Positions 26,506 through 35,793 of a stretch of 64,000 nucleotides of DNA are shown here, in pieces; within the stretch, counting starts at the first letter, position 1; the number at the start of each line of letters is the position of its first letter. A program made the position numbers and the translations under genes. Location: contig CAXXLZ010000003.1 of the NCBI GenBank assembly GCA_963675595.2, forward strand, positions 192,001 through 256,000, read 5' to 3'. The DNA comes from Thermodesulfobacteriota bacterium (GTDB lineage: Bacteria; Desulfobacterota; Desulfarculia; JACQYL01). A model generated the notes under the pieces. It was not told where the DNA came from and ran no database searches. It saw only the letters and a list, made by a program, of their open reading frames with translations.

Positions 26506-28761
26506 TTGAGCGGTTTTGAACCCGTCAGATCGGGGATAAGCGAGGACGGAGCATTCCAAAGAATCCGGGAAGCCAAGTCCAAGATAGATGAACTGACCGA
26601 CGCATTCGAAGAGAGCTTCGGTGCTTCGGATCGCCAAGTTCAATCCTGGAAGAAGACTCTTGAACGAATTGACGTCGACCCGGTGAACAAGATCGTGCGG
26701 ATTTCCGTCGTGGGTGCTGTGAAAGCCGGGAAGAGCACATTCGGTAATTATTTCTTGGGTGATGACCTCCTGAGAAGAGGAGCCGGAGTCATCACTGCGG
26801 TCGTGACGAGAGTGCTTTCCGGGGAGAGGCTTCGGGCGGAGCTGAAACTAAAGGGCCTCAAGCAGGTACAGGACGAAGTCCTGGACGCTCTTGGGATATT
26901 GGATCCGTCTGAAGAACGCTTTTCTTCCCGCACATTTCGCCTCGATCGTGCCGAAGATCGAGCCCAAGTCCGTGCGTTTCTTGCCGAAATGACCGGCCTA
27001 GGAGAAATGTCCGACGATCTGATCCGACAGAGTACTCTGCTGAGGGCGTACTTGGACGGATTTGAAGAGCTGAAGGATATTCTGAAAGCCGACGAGTCGG
27101 AGATTCACCTGGAGGGGAAGGAGGTAACCGGCCATCGGGATTTCGTGGGCCGGGAGACCAGGGCCATCTATTTGAAAGAGGCTTTGCTGACCGTTCCCGT
27201 GAAGAAGCTGCCCCGAGGCGTGGAGATCGGCGATTGCCAAGGCAGCGACTCGGCGAATCCCGCGCACCTGGCGGCTGTCCTCGAGTATCTCCTGGAAAGC
27301 CATTTCGTCATCTATCTCATCAGCAGCCGGACGGGCGTCCGAGAAGCAGACGTCAAATTGATTCAGGCGTTGAAAAGCCTTCAACTGTCCAATCAGGTTT
27401 TTTTCTTATTTAATTTGGACCTTGGTGAACACGAAGGCAGATCTTCCGTGGTCCAACAAATTCAGCGCAACGAATCGGACCTCCGATCTTTGGGCTTGGG
27501 GTCCGACGTTTATGCCTTTTCAGTGCTGTACCATCTTTTTAACGAGTTGGAGAGCAGCCGACTTTCCGGCAAAGACGAACTTCGCATGGCACTGTGGAAG
27601 GAAGACCAGGAGCTGATCGCTCTTTCCGAGGAGAACGAAGCCCGATTCCGGCGTGACTTCGAGAATCTTATAGAGAAGGAAAGATACGAGCTTCAGATCA
27701 ACAAAGCGAATACAGCCTTGTCCGGGCTGCTTCGAACGATGAAGGAGTTTCTGGAGTTTCGAGGGACATTGGTGGGAAAGAGCAAATCCGAAATGGAGGA
27801 GAGCGCGCGTGTGCTGAAGGCGAGGCAGAGCTCCATTCGGGATACGCCCGGCGTCGTTCGTAACGCCCTTGACGGGGTGAAGTCCAAGTTGAACGGAGAG
27901 ATCAAAAGGGATGTTGACCAGTTTTTTGACGGCAAATTCGGAGCCCCGGTTATCGCCATGCTTTCCCTCATCGATACCTTCGATCCCCGTATGGAAACAC
28001 TGGAGGCTTCTTCAGGGGTTTCGCGATCTCTTGTGGTTTTCTACAGAAAGCTGAGCGAAAGTCTTCAGCGTCATGTGCAGGAAGAATTCAACCTCAAATT
28101 AATCGAGTTCGCAAAAAAACGTGTGACCAGGATTCGGGAAGAGTACTTCCGGCAGATTGGTTCCTATATCGAGGTCCTGGATCAGTTGTTCGAAAACTAC
28201 GCGCAGGAGATGAAGGTGTTGGCTCCCGGCTTTGTGAGTCGGTCTTTCCAAGCTGCGGCCCCCTCCCGGTCGGGAGATTGGAAACCCAAGATATTCAATC
28301 CGGAGTTTCACTTTCACGTGAAGGCGAGAGCGGAAGTGTTTCTCAGGATCGGTTGGGGGAAGACGTTCGAGGGAGTTAGAGTACTCACCAGAAAAATCAT
28401 GAAGAAAGATGCCGGTGAAGAACAGGATAGACTGAACAAGTTGATACTCAGTGGGCAGGGGGTGATTCGCAAATGCCTCAAGGAAGAACTCCTCGAACAA
28501 CTGTCCGACTACCGTGAAAATCTGAAATATGGTTTCTTCCTGAAAGCGAGTGAAATGATCGCGGACGAGATCTATAAAGAGGTCGAGCAATATATAGAAG
28601 AGAATTTGCTGGACCTTACCCAGATGGAGGATTTGATTCGCTCGGAGGGGCAAGGCAAGTCGGAGGAGGCCGCCGTGATTGAACGTTTGTCCAAGGAGGT
28701 CGCGTCGGCGGGAGCGCTCTTACCGATCATCGACTTCCACAAGGAGCCCGAAGGGAAGTGA
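26506..28761 (+). CDS. Bacterial dynamin-like protein 1
   Basis: G1 GAVKAGKST, G2 VITAVVT, G3 DCQG, G4-like NLD, long helical C-terminus. Likely start is TTG 26506 after GGAGGAG, with TATAAT at 26484-26489 (ORF open from 26320). Confidence 0.82.
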   Translation: MSGFEPVRSGISEDGAFQRIREAKSKIDELTDAFEESFGASDRQVQSWKKTLERIDVDPVNKIVRISVVGAVKAGKSTFGNYFLGDDLLRRGAGVITAVVTRVLSGERLRAELKLKGLKQVQDEVLDALGILDPSEERFSSRTFRLDRAEDRAQVRAFLAEMTGLGEMSDDLIRQSTLLRAYLDGFEELKDILKADESEIHLEGKEVTGHRDFVGRETRAIYLKEALLTVPVKKLPRGVEIGDCQGSDSANPAHLAAVLEYLLESHFVIYLISSRTGVREADVKLIQALKSLQLSNQVFFLFNLDLGEHEGRSSVVQQIQRNESDLRSLGLGSDVYAFSVLYHLFNELESSRLSGKDELRMALWKEDQELIALSEENEARFRRDFENLIEKERYELQINKANTALSGLLRTMKEFLEFRGTLVGKSKSEMEESARVLKARQSSIRDTPGVVRNALDGVKSKLNGEIKRDVDQFFDGKFGAPVIAMLSLIDTFDPRMETLEASSGVSRSLVVFYRKLSESLQRHVQEEFNLKLIEFAKKRVTRIREEYFRQIGSYIEVLDQLFENYAQEMKVLAPGFVSRSFQAAAPSRSGDWKPKIFNPEFHFHVKARAEVFLRIGWGKTFEGVRVLTRKIMKKDAGEEQDRLNKLILSGQGVIRKCLKEELLEQLSDYRENLKYGFFLKASEMIADEIYKEVEQYIEENLLDLTQMEDLIRSEGQGKSEEAAVIERLSKEVASAGALLPIIDFHKEPEGK

Positions 28762-30497
28762 CCGACGACATCGATACCATCCGCATTCTGCGTGAACGGC
28801 TGTCCAAGGTTCCTTTTGCGGGTGTTTCCGCCGGAATCGGCACGTTCGAGCATGAACGGGCAAGACTGCTCCGGCAACTGTCCATCCTCATGTTCAAGTG
28901 GGAGCATGCCGCACGGCTTCCGCCCATCCTGGTGTTCGAAGGAGGAACGGGCACCGGAAAGTCCAGCATTTTCAATTCACTTATCGGCTACCCGGTGAGT
29001 CGAACCGGCGCCCAAAGACCTCAGACGATCAATCCCCTGGTACTTCTGCCCGAAGGGCCGGCTTCCTTATTCTTGGAAGGGGACCTGTTCCCTTTCCTCA
29101 AGTCCGAATGGCGGGACCTGACCTCTCCCGGACGGAGCGAGACGGATATACCCGACTCCATCGTCTACGTAAAACATGGATTCTCCGCTTGGCAGAAGAG
29201 CATTCTTGTGGACAGTCCTGATGTGGACAGCGTGGTGGCTTCGAATCGCGCTTCCGCAGAAGACTTGTTCAACCTTGCGGACCTGGTCGTGTTCGTCACG
29301 AGCCAGGAGAAGTACGCCGACAAGTTGCCTTTCTCCTGGATTGAAGAAGCTCGGAGGACGGAGAAACCTTTTCTTGTGGTGCTGAACAAATGGGATTCGG
29401 AGGAGAGCCGGTTGGATCTTCTGGAAAAGCTGGCCGCCTCGGACATTCATCCGCTTGGTGACATCATCCGGCTTCCGAGGGTACGTCGAGACGAACCCAC
29501 GTTGTTCCAAAGTTCGGAAATCGCTCCCTTGCTTCAGTTGCTCGAATCCCTCGACCGGACACGGCTGCTGCAGAAAGGGCGGGCCTCCCTCGGTCGTGCC
29601 TGCCTGGAACGTCTCGACGTCGTCGTTCAATTGCTTCGCAGGGAGCGGGAGGTTGAGGACACGGTTCAATCAGCCATCGGGGAACTGGCGACTCGCACGG
29701 ACGAGCGCTTGTTCAGCGCTCTAACGCCGGACGTGGACGAGCGGACCCGCTCCAACATGAAGAAGCACCTTAGGCTTCTCCTGGCACGATATGACTACTT
29801 TCGGCATCCTAGAAAATGGGTGAGGGACCTGGTCCTGGCCCCTCTCGACTTTTTAGGGGTGATGCGGAAGAGCGGCGAACCCGATGGGGGGGCCTCGGTG
29901 TTGGTCAAACATCGGCTTCCCATGGAGCCTCTGAAGGATTCGCTCGCTTTTTTCCAGGAGGGCGCCGCTTCCATCCTAAGGGCGAAGGCACCCGGCTCAA
30001 GCCTTTACGCGCAAATGCTCGGAAAAGGAGTGTTTCTCTCTTGGGAAGAGGTCGAAGAGTTTTGCCTCCAAGAGCTCGGCTCCATCGACGGATGGATCCA
30101 GGAACGCTTCGACACCTTGAAGAAGGGACTTTCCACCGGAAAAAAGGTGGGAGTGGCCTCCGCCTCCATTCTTTCCGGTCTGATGCTCTTGTTGCTGGAA
30201 ACCGTGGTGGGAGGAGGCATCACGGTACTCGAGATACTTCTGGATACCGCCGTCATTCCATATATCCCCAAAGGTGTGTTGGAGTTGGTGGTATACGATG
30301 AGATCAAAGCCATTGGGCGAGAATTGGACAGGCGATACCGGGCGACTTACGATAACTTGCTGGCCCTCCAGAAGAAGCGAGTCATCGAGTTCATAGCGCA
30401 TCGTTTTCCGCGTAATTCGGATATTGAATTGCTCGTCACGTGGAGGACCTGGTTGGTACGGGCCTTGGACGGGCTTTCGGGAGGCGGCCGGACGTGA
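28758..30497 (+). CDS. Dynamin-like / YfjP-like GTPase 2 with a C-terminal hydrophobic hairpin
   Basis: GGTGTGKSS, RPQT, DSPDVDS, SQEKYAD, LNKWD; GTGA overlap with the preceding stop. Confidence 0.82.
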   Translation: MTDDIDTIRILRERLSKVPFAGVSAGIGTFEHERARLLRQLSILMFKWEHAARLPPILVFEGGTGTGKSSIFNSLIGYPVSRTGAQRPQTINPLVLLPEGPASLFLEGDLFPFLKSEWRDLTSPGRSETDIPDSIVYVKHGFSAWQKSILVDSPDVDSVVASNRASAEDLFNLADLVVFVTSQEKYADKLPFSWIEEARRTEKPFLVVLNKWDSEESRLDLLEKLAASDIHPLGDIIRLPRVRRDEPTLFQSSEIAPLLQLLESLDRTRLLQKGRASLGRACLERLDVVVQLLRREREVEDTVQSAIGELATRTDERLFSALTPDVDERTRSNMKKHLRLLLARYDYFRHPRKWVRDLVLAPLDFLGVMRKSGEPDGGASVLVKHRLPMEPLKDSLAFFQEGAASILRAKAPGSSLYAQMLGKGVFLSWEEVEEFCLQELGSIDGWIQERFDTLKKGLSTGKKVGVASASILSGLMLLLLETVVGGGITVLEILLDTAVIPYIPKGVLELVVYDEIKAIGRELDRRYRATYDNLLALQKKRVIEFIAHRFPRNSDIELLVTWRTWLVRALDGLSGGGRT

Positions 30498-32203
30498 AGG
30501 CACGCTCGCACATTCAGGACGGGGTCGAAGACCTCAGGAAGTCCATGCGGCTCGTGTCCGGCTTGGTCGGCGCGGAGGATATCCAGGCAACGGAAAAGAG
30601 CCTGGTGGACATTGAGCGGAGGTTGGATGACTGCGGAGGACCGCTGCATGTGGGATTGCTGGGGGGAACGGGCGTCGGAAAGTCCTCCCTGATCAACGCA
30701 CTCGCCGGATCTGAGGTGTCGACCGCCTCGGACCGACGTCCTCACACGGACCGTATCGTTGTGTATCGTCATCGTGAGGCCCGTTTCGAGGAACCCGACA
30801 CGGACCTGATCATACGCCCCCATCGAGTCCACGACCACGACGCGATTCGCGATCTCATACTGTTCGATCTTCCGGATTTCGACAGTGTACTCCCCCAAAA
30901 CCGGCACCGCGTGCTTCTCTTTCTGAACCAACTCGATGTGGTTTGCTGGATCGTGAGTCCGGAGAAATATGCCGACCAGGTTTTTTACGACATGGTGCGT
31001 CTGAGCCCTCAGAATCCCGAGAATTTTGTTTTTGTGCTCAACAAGATCGATCTGTTGACCGATCGAGACGGGAGTTTGGACAAAGAAGAGCTTGAAGGGA
31101 TTCTCCTCGATTTCCGAAAGAAGCTGATCGCCGCCGGGATTGATGAGGCCGAAATTTATCCGGTGTCGGCATCTTCGGCAATACGCGGAACCGGTCCCGT
31201 CGGTGAATTCGGCGAGCTGCGGGAATTTCTTTACCGAAGGAGACAGGATAAGGAAATCCGGGCCATCAAGTTGAGCAACCTTGAGTATGAACTGGGCAAT
31301 GCGGCCGCCCGTCTGAGTGCCTATCCGGATACGCCCGAACTGCTGGGTGCGCTGGACTCCTTGCTGGGCGAAGTCGACGCCGGATTTGAGGAAATGCGGG
31401 ACCTGTCGCGCTCGGTGGCTCCCAAGCACGCCGATGAATGTCGAAGAAACCGGATTCGGAGTATGTGGCTTGCGGGGTCCGGGGAACGCGGCATGGTAGC
31501 GGGTCTTGTGAGAGGGTGGACCTCGGTTCAAAGACTCTGGAGACCGGCCGGCGTCGATCCCGTGGGGGAACTCCTACAGATGAATTTCGATTCGCTGGAT
31601 GCTTTGGAGCGTAAACGGGCGACGCTCCGGAACAGGGTCCGTGCGGAACTGGCGCGATTTCCCATGAGTGAGGAGCGCAGGAGCGTGGGTGGAGAAGCGG
31701 GAGAACTCAAGAGGGGGATCGCGGAACTTGCGGACGAGGTGCTCCTGAATGTTCGAGAGTGGTTCGAATCAGGCGAGGCGGGAAGGGTGCGCTCCGGGTT
31801 GCAACGCCTGAAAGCCCGATTTGTATTGACCGTTCCAGTGCTGACCATGCTGCTTTACCTCATGGGCCCGGACTCTTTGGCCACGATGGTCCGGACCCCC
31901 GGTTGGAACGAGGCCGTGGAATTGGTTCTGAATCTGTTGGTTTCGGCCTTTCAGTCCAAAGGCCTGGTGGCCCTTTTGAGCCTCCTGCTCATTGAAGGGA
32001 TTCTGAGTGCATACCTCGCGGCACGTCTGCTGACACGACTGGATGAACGTGTGGACGAATTCTACCGGCAGGTGCGAGACCGGTTCGAAGAAAAGGTGGA
32101 CATGCTGCTTAAAGAGACGAAAGAAAGGCTTGTCGGGGAATTGGAGGCTCTGCGAGCCTCCGCCCTGGAGCTGGAAAAGCTCCAAGGAAGGGCCGAAACC
32201 TGA
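30494..32203 (+). CDS. Dynamin-like / YfjP-like GTPase 3 with C-terminal TM helices
   Basis: GGTGVGKSS, RRPHT, DLPDFDS, SPEKYAD, LNKID; GTGA overlap and GGGAGG RBS. Confidence 0.82.
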   Translation: MKARSHIQDGVEDLRKSMRLVSGLVGAEDIQATEKSLVDIERRLDDCGGPLHVGLLGGTGVGKSSLINALAGSEVSTASDRRPHTDRIVVYRHREARFEEPDTDLIIRPHRVHDHDAIRDLILFDLPDFDSVLPQNRHRVLLFLNQLDVVCWIVSPEKYADQVFYDMVRLSPQNPENFVFVLNKIDLLTDRDGSLDKEELEGILLDFRKKLIAAGIDEAEIYPVSASSAIRGTGPVGEFGELREFLYRRRQDKEIRAIKLSNLEYELGNAAARLSAYPDTPELLGALDSLLGEVDAGFEEMRDLSRSVAPKHADECRRNRIRSMWLAGSGERGMVAGLVRGWTSVQRLWRPAGVDPVGELLQMNFDSLDALERKRATLRNRVRAELARFPMSEERRSVGGEAGELKRGIAELADEVLLNVREWFESGEAGRVRSGLQRLKARFVLTVPVLTMLLYLMGPDSLATMVRTPGWNEAVELVLNLLVSAFQSKGLVALLSLLLIEGILSAYLAARLLTRLDERVDEFYRQVRDRFEEKVDMLLKETKERLVGELEALRASALELEKLQGRAET

Positions 32204-32486
32204 CCGCCGCAGGTATCCCTCGACCCCGCACGCCTACGGTTTGATTCGGCAAAATCCGTTTGCCGAGGAAATGCGCCGGCAGGAAGAACAAAGCACTGAA
32301 AGAATCAGTTCGGGTTCCGGGCTGCCCGCCGGATTCGAACAACCTCGCGGATACCTTGACTAAGGCCTTGGTATCCGAAGGATAAGCAAAGAAAACTCCG
32401 GTGACGTTCCCGAACGGATCCCCGGGATGGGCACCCCGGGCCAAAATAGTCCGTCTCGATGGCGGAGAAAAGGACCACGAAGAGGG

Positions 32487-32518
32487 AGGAAGTGTGCCCA
32501 ACCTTGGGTACACTTCCT
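32487..32518 (+). terminator. Strong hairpin between convergent transcripts (possible terminator)
   Basis: 14-bp stem AGGAAGTGTGCCCA-ACCT-TGGGTACACTTCCT with one G.U pair on the + strand; no clear U-tract. Confidence 0.45.
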
Positions 32519-32617
32519 TGAAACCGATTTATGACGCACAGCGGTTGACCCGCGCATTACCTTGCTTGGCGGCTCACTGTAAAAGGCGTGCCCGATCGAA
32601 CAACCGGTCCGTGTGGC

Positions 32618-33823
32618 TCACTGATGCCTGACCATGGCGTCGATCATTTTGCTCAAATAGTCGCAGCTTCTACGCTCAAACTCGTTTTCCGGCGTAGGCT
32701 TGATTTCCAGGGGTACCCGTTCCACCACTTCAAGCCCGAACCCCCCCAGCCCGTGGATCCGCTTCGAACTGTTGGTCATCAGCCGCATCTTGCGAATTCC
32801 CAAATCGGCCAATATCTGCGCCCCGATACCGAACTCTCGGAAAACCGCATCGCTTTCGGGCTGGTGCTCTTCTTTCCAGGCCTTGCCTTCGTCTTCTCGC
32901 TGGTAGGCTTTGAGTTTCCCAACCAGTTGTTGGTTGCGACCTTCTTTGTGAAGGTAGAGAATGACGCCGCGACCTTCCTTCTGTACTTGTCGCATCGCCG
33001 CTTCCAGTTGTTCTCCACAGTCGCAGCGATAACTCTTGAAGACATTTCCCAGAATGCACTCCGTGTGAACTCTGACCAGGACCTCGTCTTCCGGTTTGAT
33101 CTCTCCTTTGACCAAAGCCAGGTGCTGCTGCCGATCCAGCTGATTTTCGTATGCGATTGCGGCGAACTCTCCAAACAGGGTCGGCAGTACCGTTCGGGCC
33201 GCCCGTTTGACGAAGGACTCTCTCTGCAGGCGGTAAGTAATCAGGTCACCGATAGTTACCATGGGGATATCGAGAGATTCCGACAGACTCTTCAGCTCAT
33301 CGAAGTCGGCCATTTCGCCTTGTTCATTCATGATGCCGCACATGGCGGCGGCCGGCTTCAGGCCTGCGAGCCGAACGAGATCCACGGCCCCCTCGGTGTG
33401 ACCGGTTCGAAAAAGAACGCCTCCCCGACGAGCACGTATGGGGAAAATGTGTCCGGGGCGAACCAAGTCCTCGGGACCGGCGTCATCGGCTACCGCGGCG
33501 AGGATGGTTGTAGCTCTGTCCGCGGCGGAAATGCCGGTGGTGACCCCCTTCCTGGCTTCAATGGATACGGTGAATGCGGGCTCTGCGGCGGAGTGGTTTC
33601 TGGAAATCAGACTCAGCCCTAAACGGTTGATGATTTCCGGAGCGCAGGGCATGCTCACCAGTCCTCTGGCGTGCAGAGTCATGAAGTTCACGGCTTCCGG
33701 GGTGACCTTTTCTGCGGCCATCACCAGCTCGCCCTCGTTTTTCGGGTTGGGTGCATCCAGAAGGATCACCATTCCGCCTTTGCGAATCTGGTCCAATGCG
33801 GTATGCAATTGTGAAAGAGACAT
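32618..33823 (-). CDS. RibBA-like DHBP synthase / GTP cyclohydrolase II fusion with a degenerate DHBP-synthase site
   Basis: TTGISAADRA, RPGHIFP, RTGHTEG, VRVHTEC...RCDCG, GIGAQILADLG. Confidence 0.85.
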   Translation of the reverse strand: MSLSQLHTALDQIRKGGMVILLDAPNPKNEGELVMAAEKVTPEAVNFMTLHARGLVSMPCAPEIINRLGLSLISRNHSAAEPAFTVSIEARKGVTTGISAADRATTILAAVADDAGPEDLVRPGHIFPIRARRGGVLFRTGHTEGAVDLVRLAGLKPAAAMCGIMNEQGEMADFDELKSLSESLDIPMVTIGDLITYRLQRESFVKRAARTVLPTLFGEFAAIAYENQLDRQQHLALVKGEIKPEDEVLVRVHTECILGNVFKSYRCDCGEQLEAAMRQVQKEGRGVILYLHKEGRNQQLVGKLKAYQREDEGKAWKEEHQPESDAVFREFGIGAQILADLGIRKMRLMTNSSKRIHGLGGFGLEVVERVPLEIKPTPENEFERRSCDYLSKMIDAMVRHQ

Positions 33824-34343
33824 CCATGTACTCCCGATGTCGTTCGGTTGGTTCTCAGGAACAACCGCACGGAAAGTTTCGGCAAGGGCGAACGTCGTGT
33901 TACGGCAACGGCCCTGGTGTGAAACGGTTACCGGCGGCGAGTAGGATTATCGGCCACCCTTAACTCATTCATTCCTCCAAAGCAAGAGCAAGGACGATCG
34001 CGTTTGTGGAATGAGGGGATCGGGGGTGCGTTGTTCCGTTGGGTTGAGCCTGTTTTCCCGATCCCCGTTCCAAGAAGTGCGGTTCGACGCGTTCTCATGA
34101 AAATCGAAGTCCGAATCAAGGGAGTTGACGATGGATCGGGTGAACGATATATTTAAAGATTGGGAAAAGTGAAGAAATGTCGCCTCATATTGGGTCGACA
34201 GCCTCCTTTTTTACCGGTCTTCCGGTAGATGAGCAGGCAACTCGTCCAGGAAAACGGGGCTCGGAGAACAACCTACGGCAACCCTTGTCACGGGCCCGCA
34301 AGGCTGAATTTCAAACGAACAGCGTCACGGCATCGGACGGCCA

Positions 34344-35669
34344 ATGAACATGGATCAAGCCAGAACACAGGAGTGCGAGACACAACCCGCTCTTCCCAAG
34401 GGCTCACGGGGGAGCCCTTCTGTTATTTCAAGAAGCGAACATCCCATATCCCGGAAAATGATGGCTGAAGAGGTCCTGAAGGTGCTTTATCGGCTGAAGA
34501 ACCAGGGACACGTGGCCTATTTGTGCGGCGGGAGCGTTCGCGATCTTCTTTGCGGTGAAAAACCGAAGGATTTCGACGTGGCCACGGACGCGCGTCCCGG
34601 TCAGCTCAGAAAGATATTTGCGAACTCTTGGGCCGTTGGAAAGCGATTTCGAATTATTCATGTGGTCTTCAAGGGCGGGAAGATTATAGAAGTATCCACT
34701 TTTCGCAAGGAATCCGAGTTCGACGAAGGGCCCGAAAACACAATCATGCTCCGTCCGGACAATACTTACGGCAACCCGCAAGAAGATGCCCTTCGCCGAG
34801 ATTTCTCCATCAATGCCCTCTATTACAACATCTCCGATTTTTCGATCATCGACTACGTGGGAGGAATGGAGGACATACGCAGAGGGGTGATCCGAAGCAT
34901 CGGAGACCCGGACATTCGTTTCCAGGAGGATCCCATTCGCATCCTCAGGGGTATTCGTTTTGCCTCCAATCTCAGCTTCCGTATTGAGCCCCGCACCTGG
35001 GAGATGATGCGGGCCCACGCGGACAAAGTGCCTCTGTGCCCGCCCTCGCGCATTCAGGAAGATTTGCTTCGTCTCATGAGGAAATCGGGAGTCGAGAGGG
35101 GGTTCCGCTTGATGGACGAAGTCGGCCTCCTGAACCTCTTGCTGCCGGAATTGTCGGCGATCAGAGGAGCCGGCGATGAATTGCCGGAGGAATTTTTCCG
35201 GATCATTGCGTCAATGGACGAGTTCAGAAAAGGGATGGACGATTCCCTGTCCGACGCGTTGCTCTGGGCCTGCGTCTTTCTCCTTCCGGCACGCGAACAG
35301 ATCAAGGCACTGGCACAACCTATTGATGATTTGCCCACTGCCGTCCACAATTTCCTTTGTGAGCCGGGCACGAGACTCAATATCCCAAAAGCGGTTCGGA
35401 ACGGAGCCAAGAAGCTTATCATGTCTCAAGACTTTTTGGACCCTGATCGCCCCACCCTTCGAAAGGGGTGGCTGAGATTGTTTCGAAGCGGAGTTTTTGA
35501 AGAATCTTTCCTTTTGGCCCGGATCATCGCCGCAGCATCGGGACGAGGAGAAGAAGCCTTGTTCGAGATCAGGCAGGCGATGGAACAGAGGGCGGCCAAA
35601 CCATCGTCCGATCGGAAACCCCGGAAACGATCCTCACGGCGGAGAGCCAACCCAAGGAAGCCCGGCTGA
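34344..35669 (+). CDS. pcnB: Poly(A) polymerase I
   Basis: GGSVRDLL, KDFDVATD, PAP signature VGKRFRIIHV, RRDFSINAL, EDPIRILRG, basic tail. Confidence 0.9.
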   Translation: MNMDQARTQECETQPALPKGSRGSPSVISRSEHPISRKMMAEEVLKVLYRLKNQGHVAYLCGGSVRDLLCGEKPKDFDVATDARPGQLRKIFANSWAVGKRFRIIHVVFKGGKIIEVSTFRKESEFDEGPENTIMLRPDNTYGNPQEDALRRDFSINALYYNISDFSIIDYVGGMEDIRRGVIRSIGDPDIRFQEDPIRILRGIRFASNLSFRIEPRTWEMMRAHADKVPLCPPSRIQEDLLRLMRKSGVERGFRLMDEVGLLNLLLPELSAIRGAGDELPEEFFRIIASMDEFRKGMDDSLSDALLWACVFLLPAREQIKALAQPIDDLPTAVHNFLCEPGTRLNIPKAVRNGAKKLIMSQDFLDPDRPTLRKGWLRLFRSGVFEESFLLARIIAAASGRGEEALFEIRQAMEQRAAKPSSDRKPRKRSSRRRANPRKPG

Positions 35670-35793
35670 TCCGCTTTGTCGTTTGCGAAAATGATCCTTC
35701 AGATCGGCGAGCACCGTCTTTCGCTCCCTCCAGGTTTGACCCTTTTGACTGCCCTGTGCTAAAACCAGCCATCATCATAGAGGAGAAAGGCCC

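Noticed and set aside
32308-32345. GGATTCGAAC resembling a tRNA T-loop on the minus strand
   Set aside because: The flanks do not form a T-stem or acceptor stem; no cloverleaf can be built.
33824-34343. Possible FMN riboswitch upstream of the ribBA-like gene
   Set aside because: Hairpins exist (e.g. GGGGATCGGG/CCCGATCCCC), but the conserved FMN motifs (GGGGCAGGGTGAAATTCCC, AGTCTGGATG) are absent on both strands.
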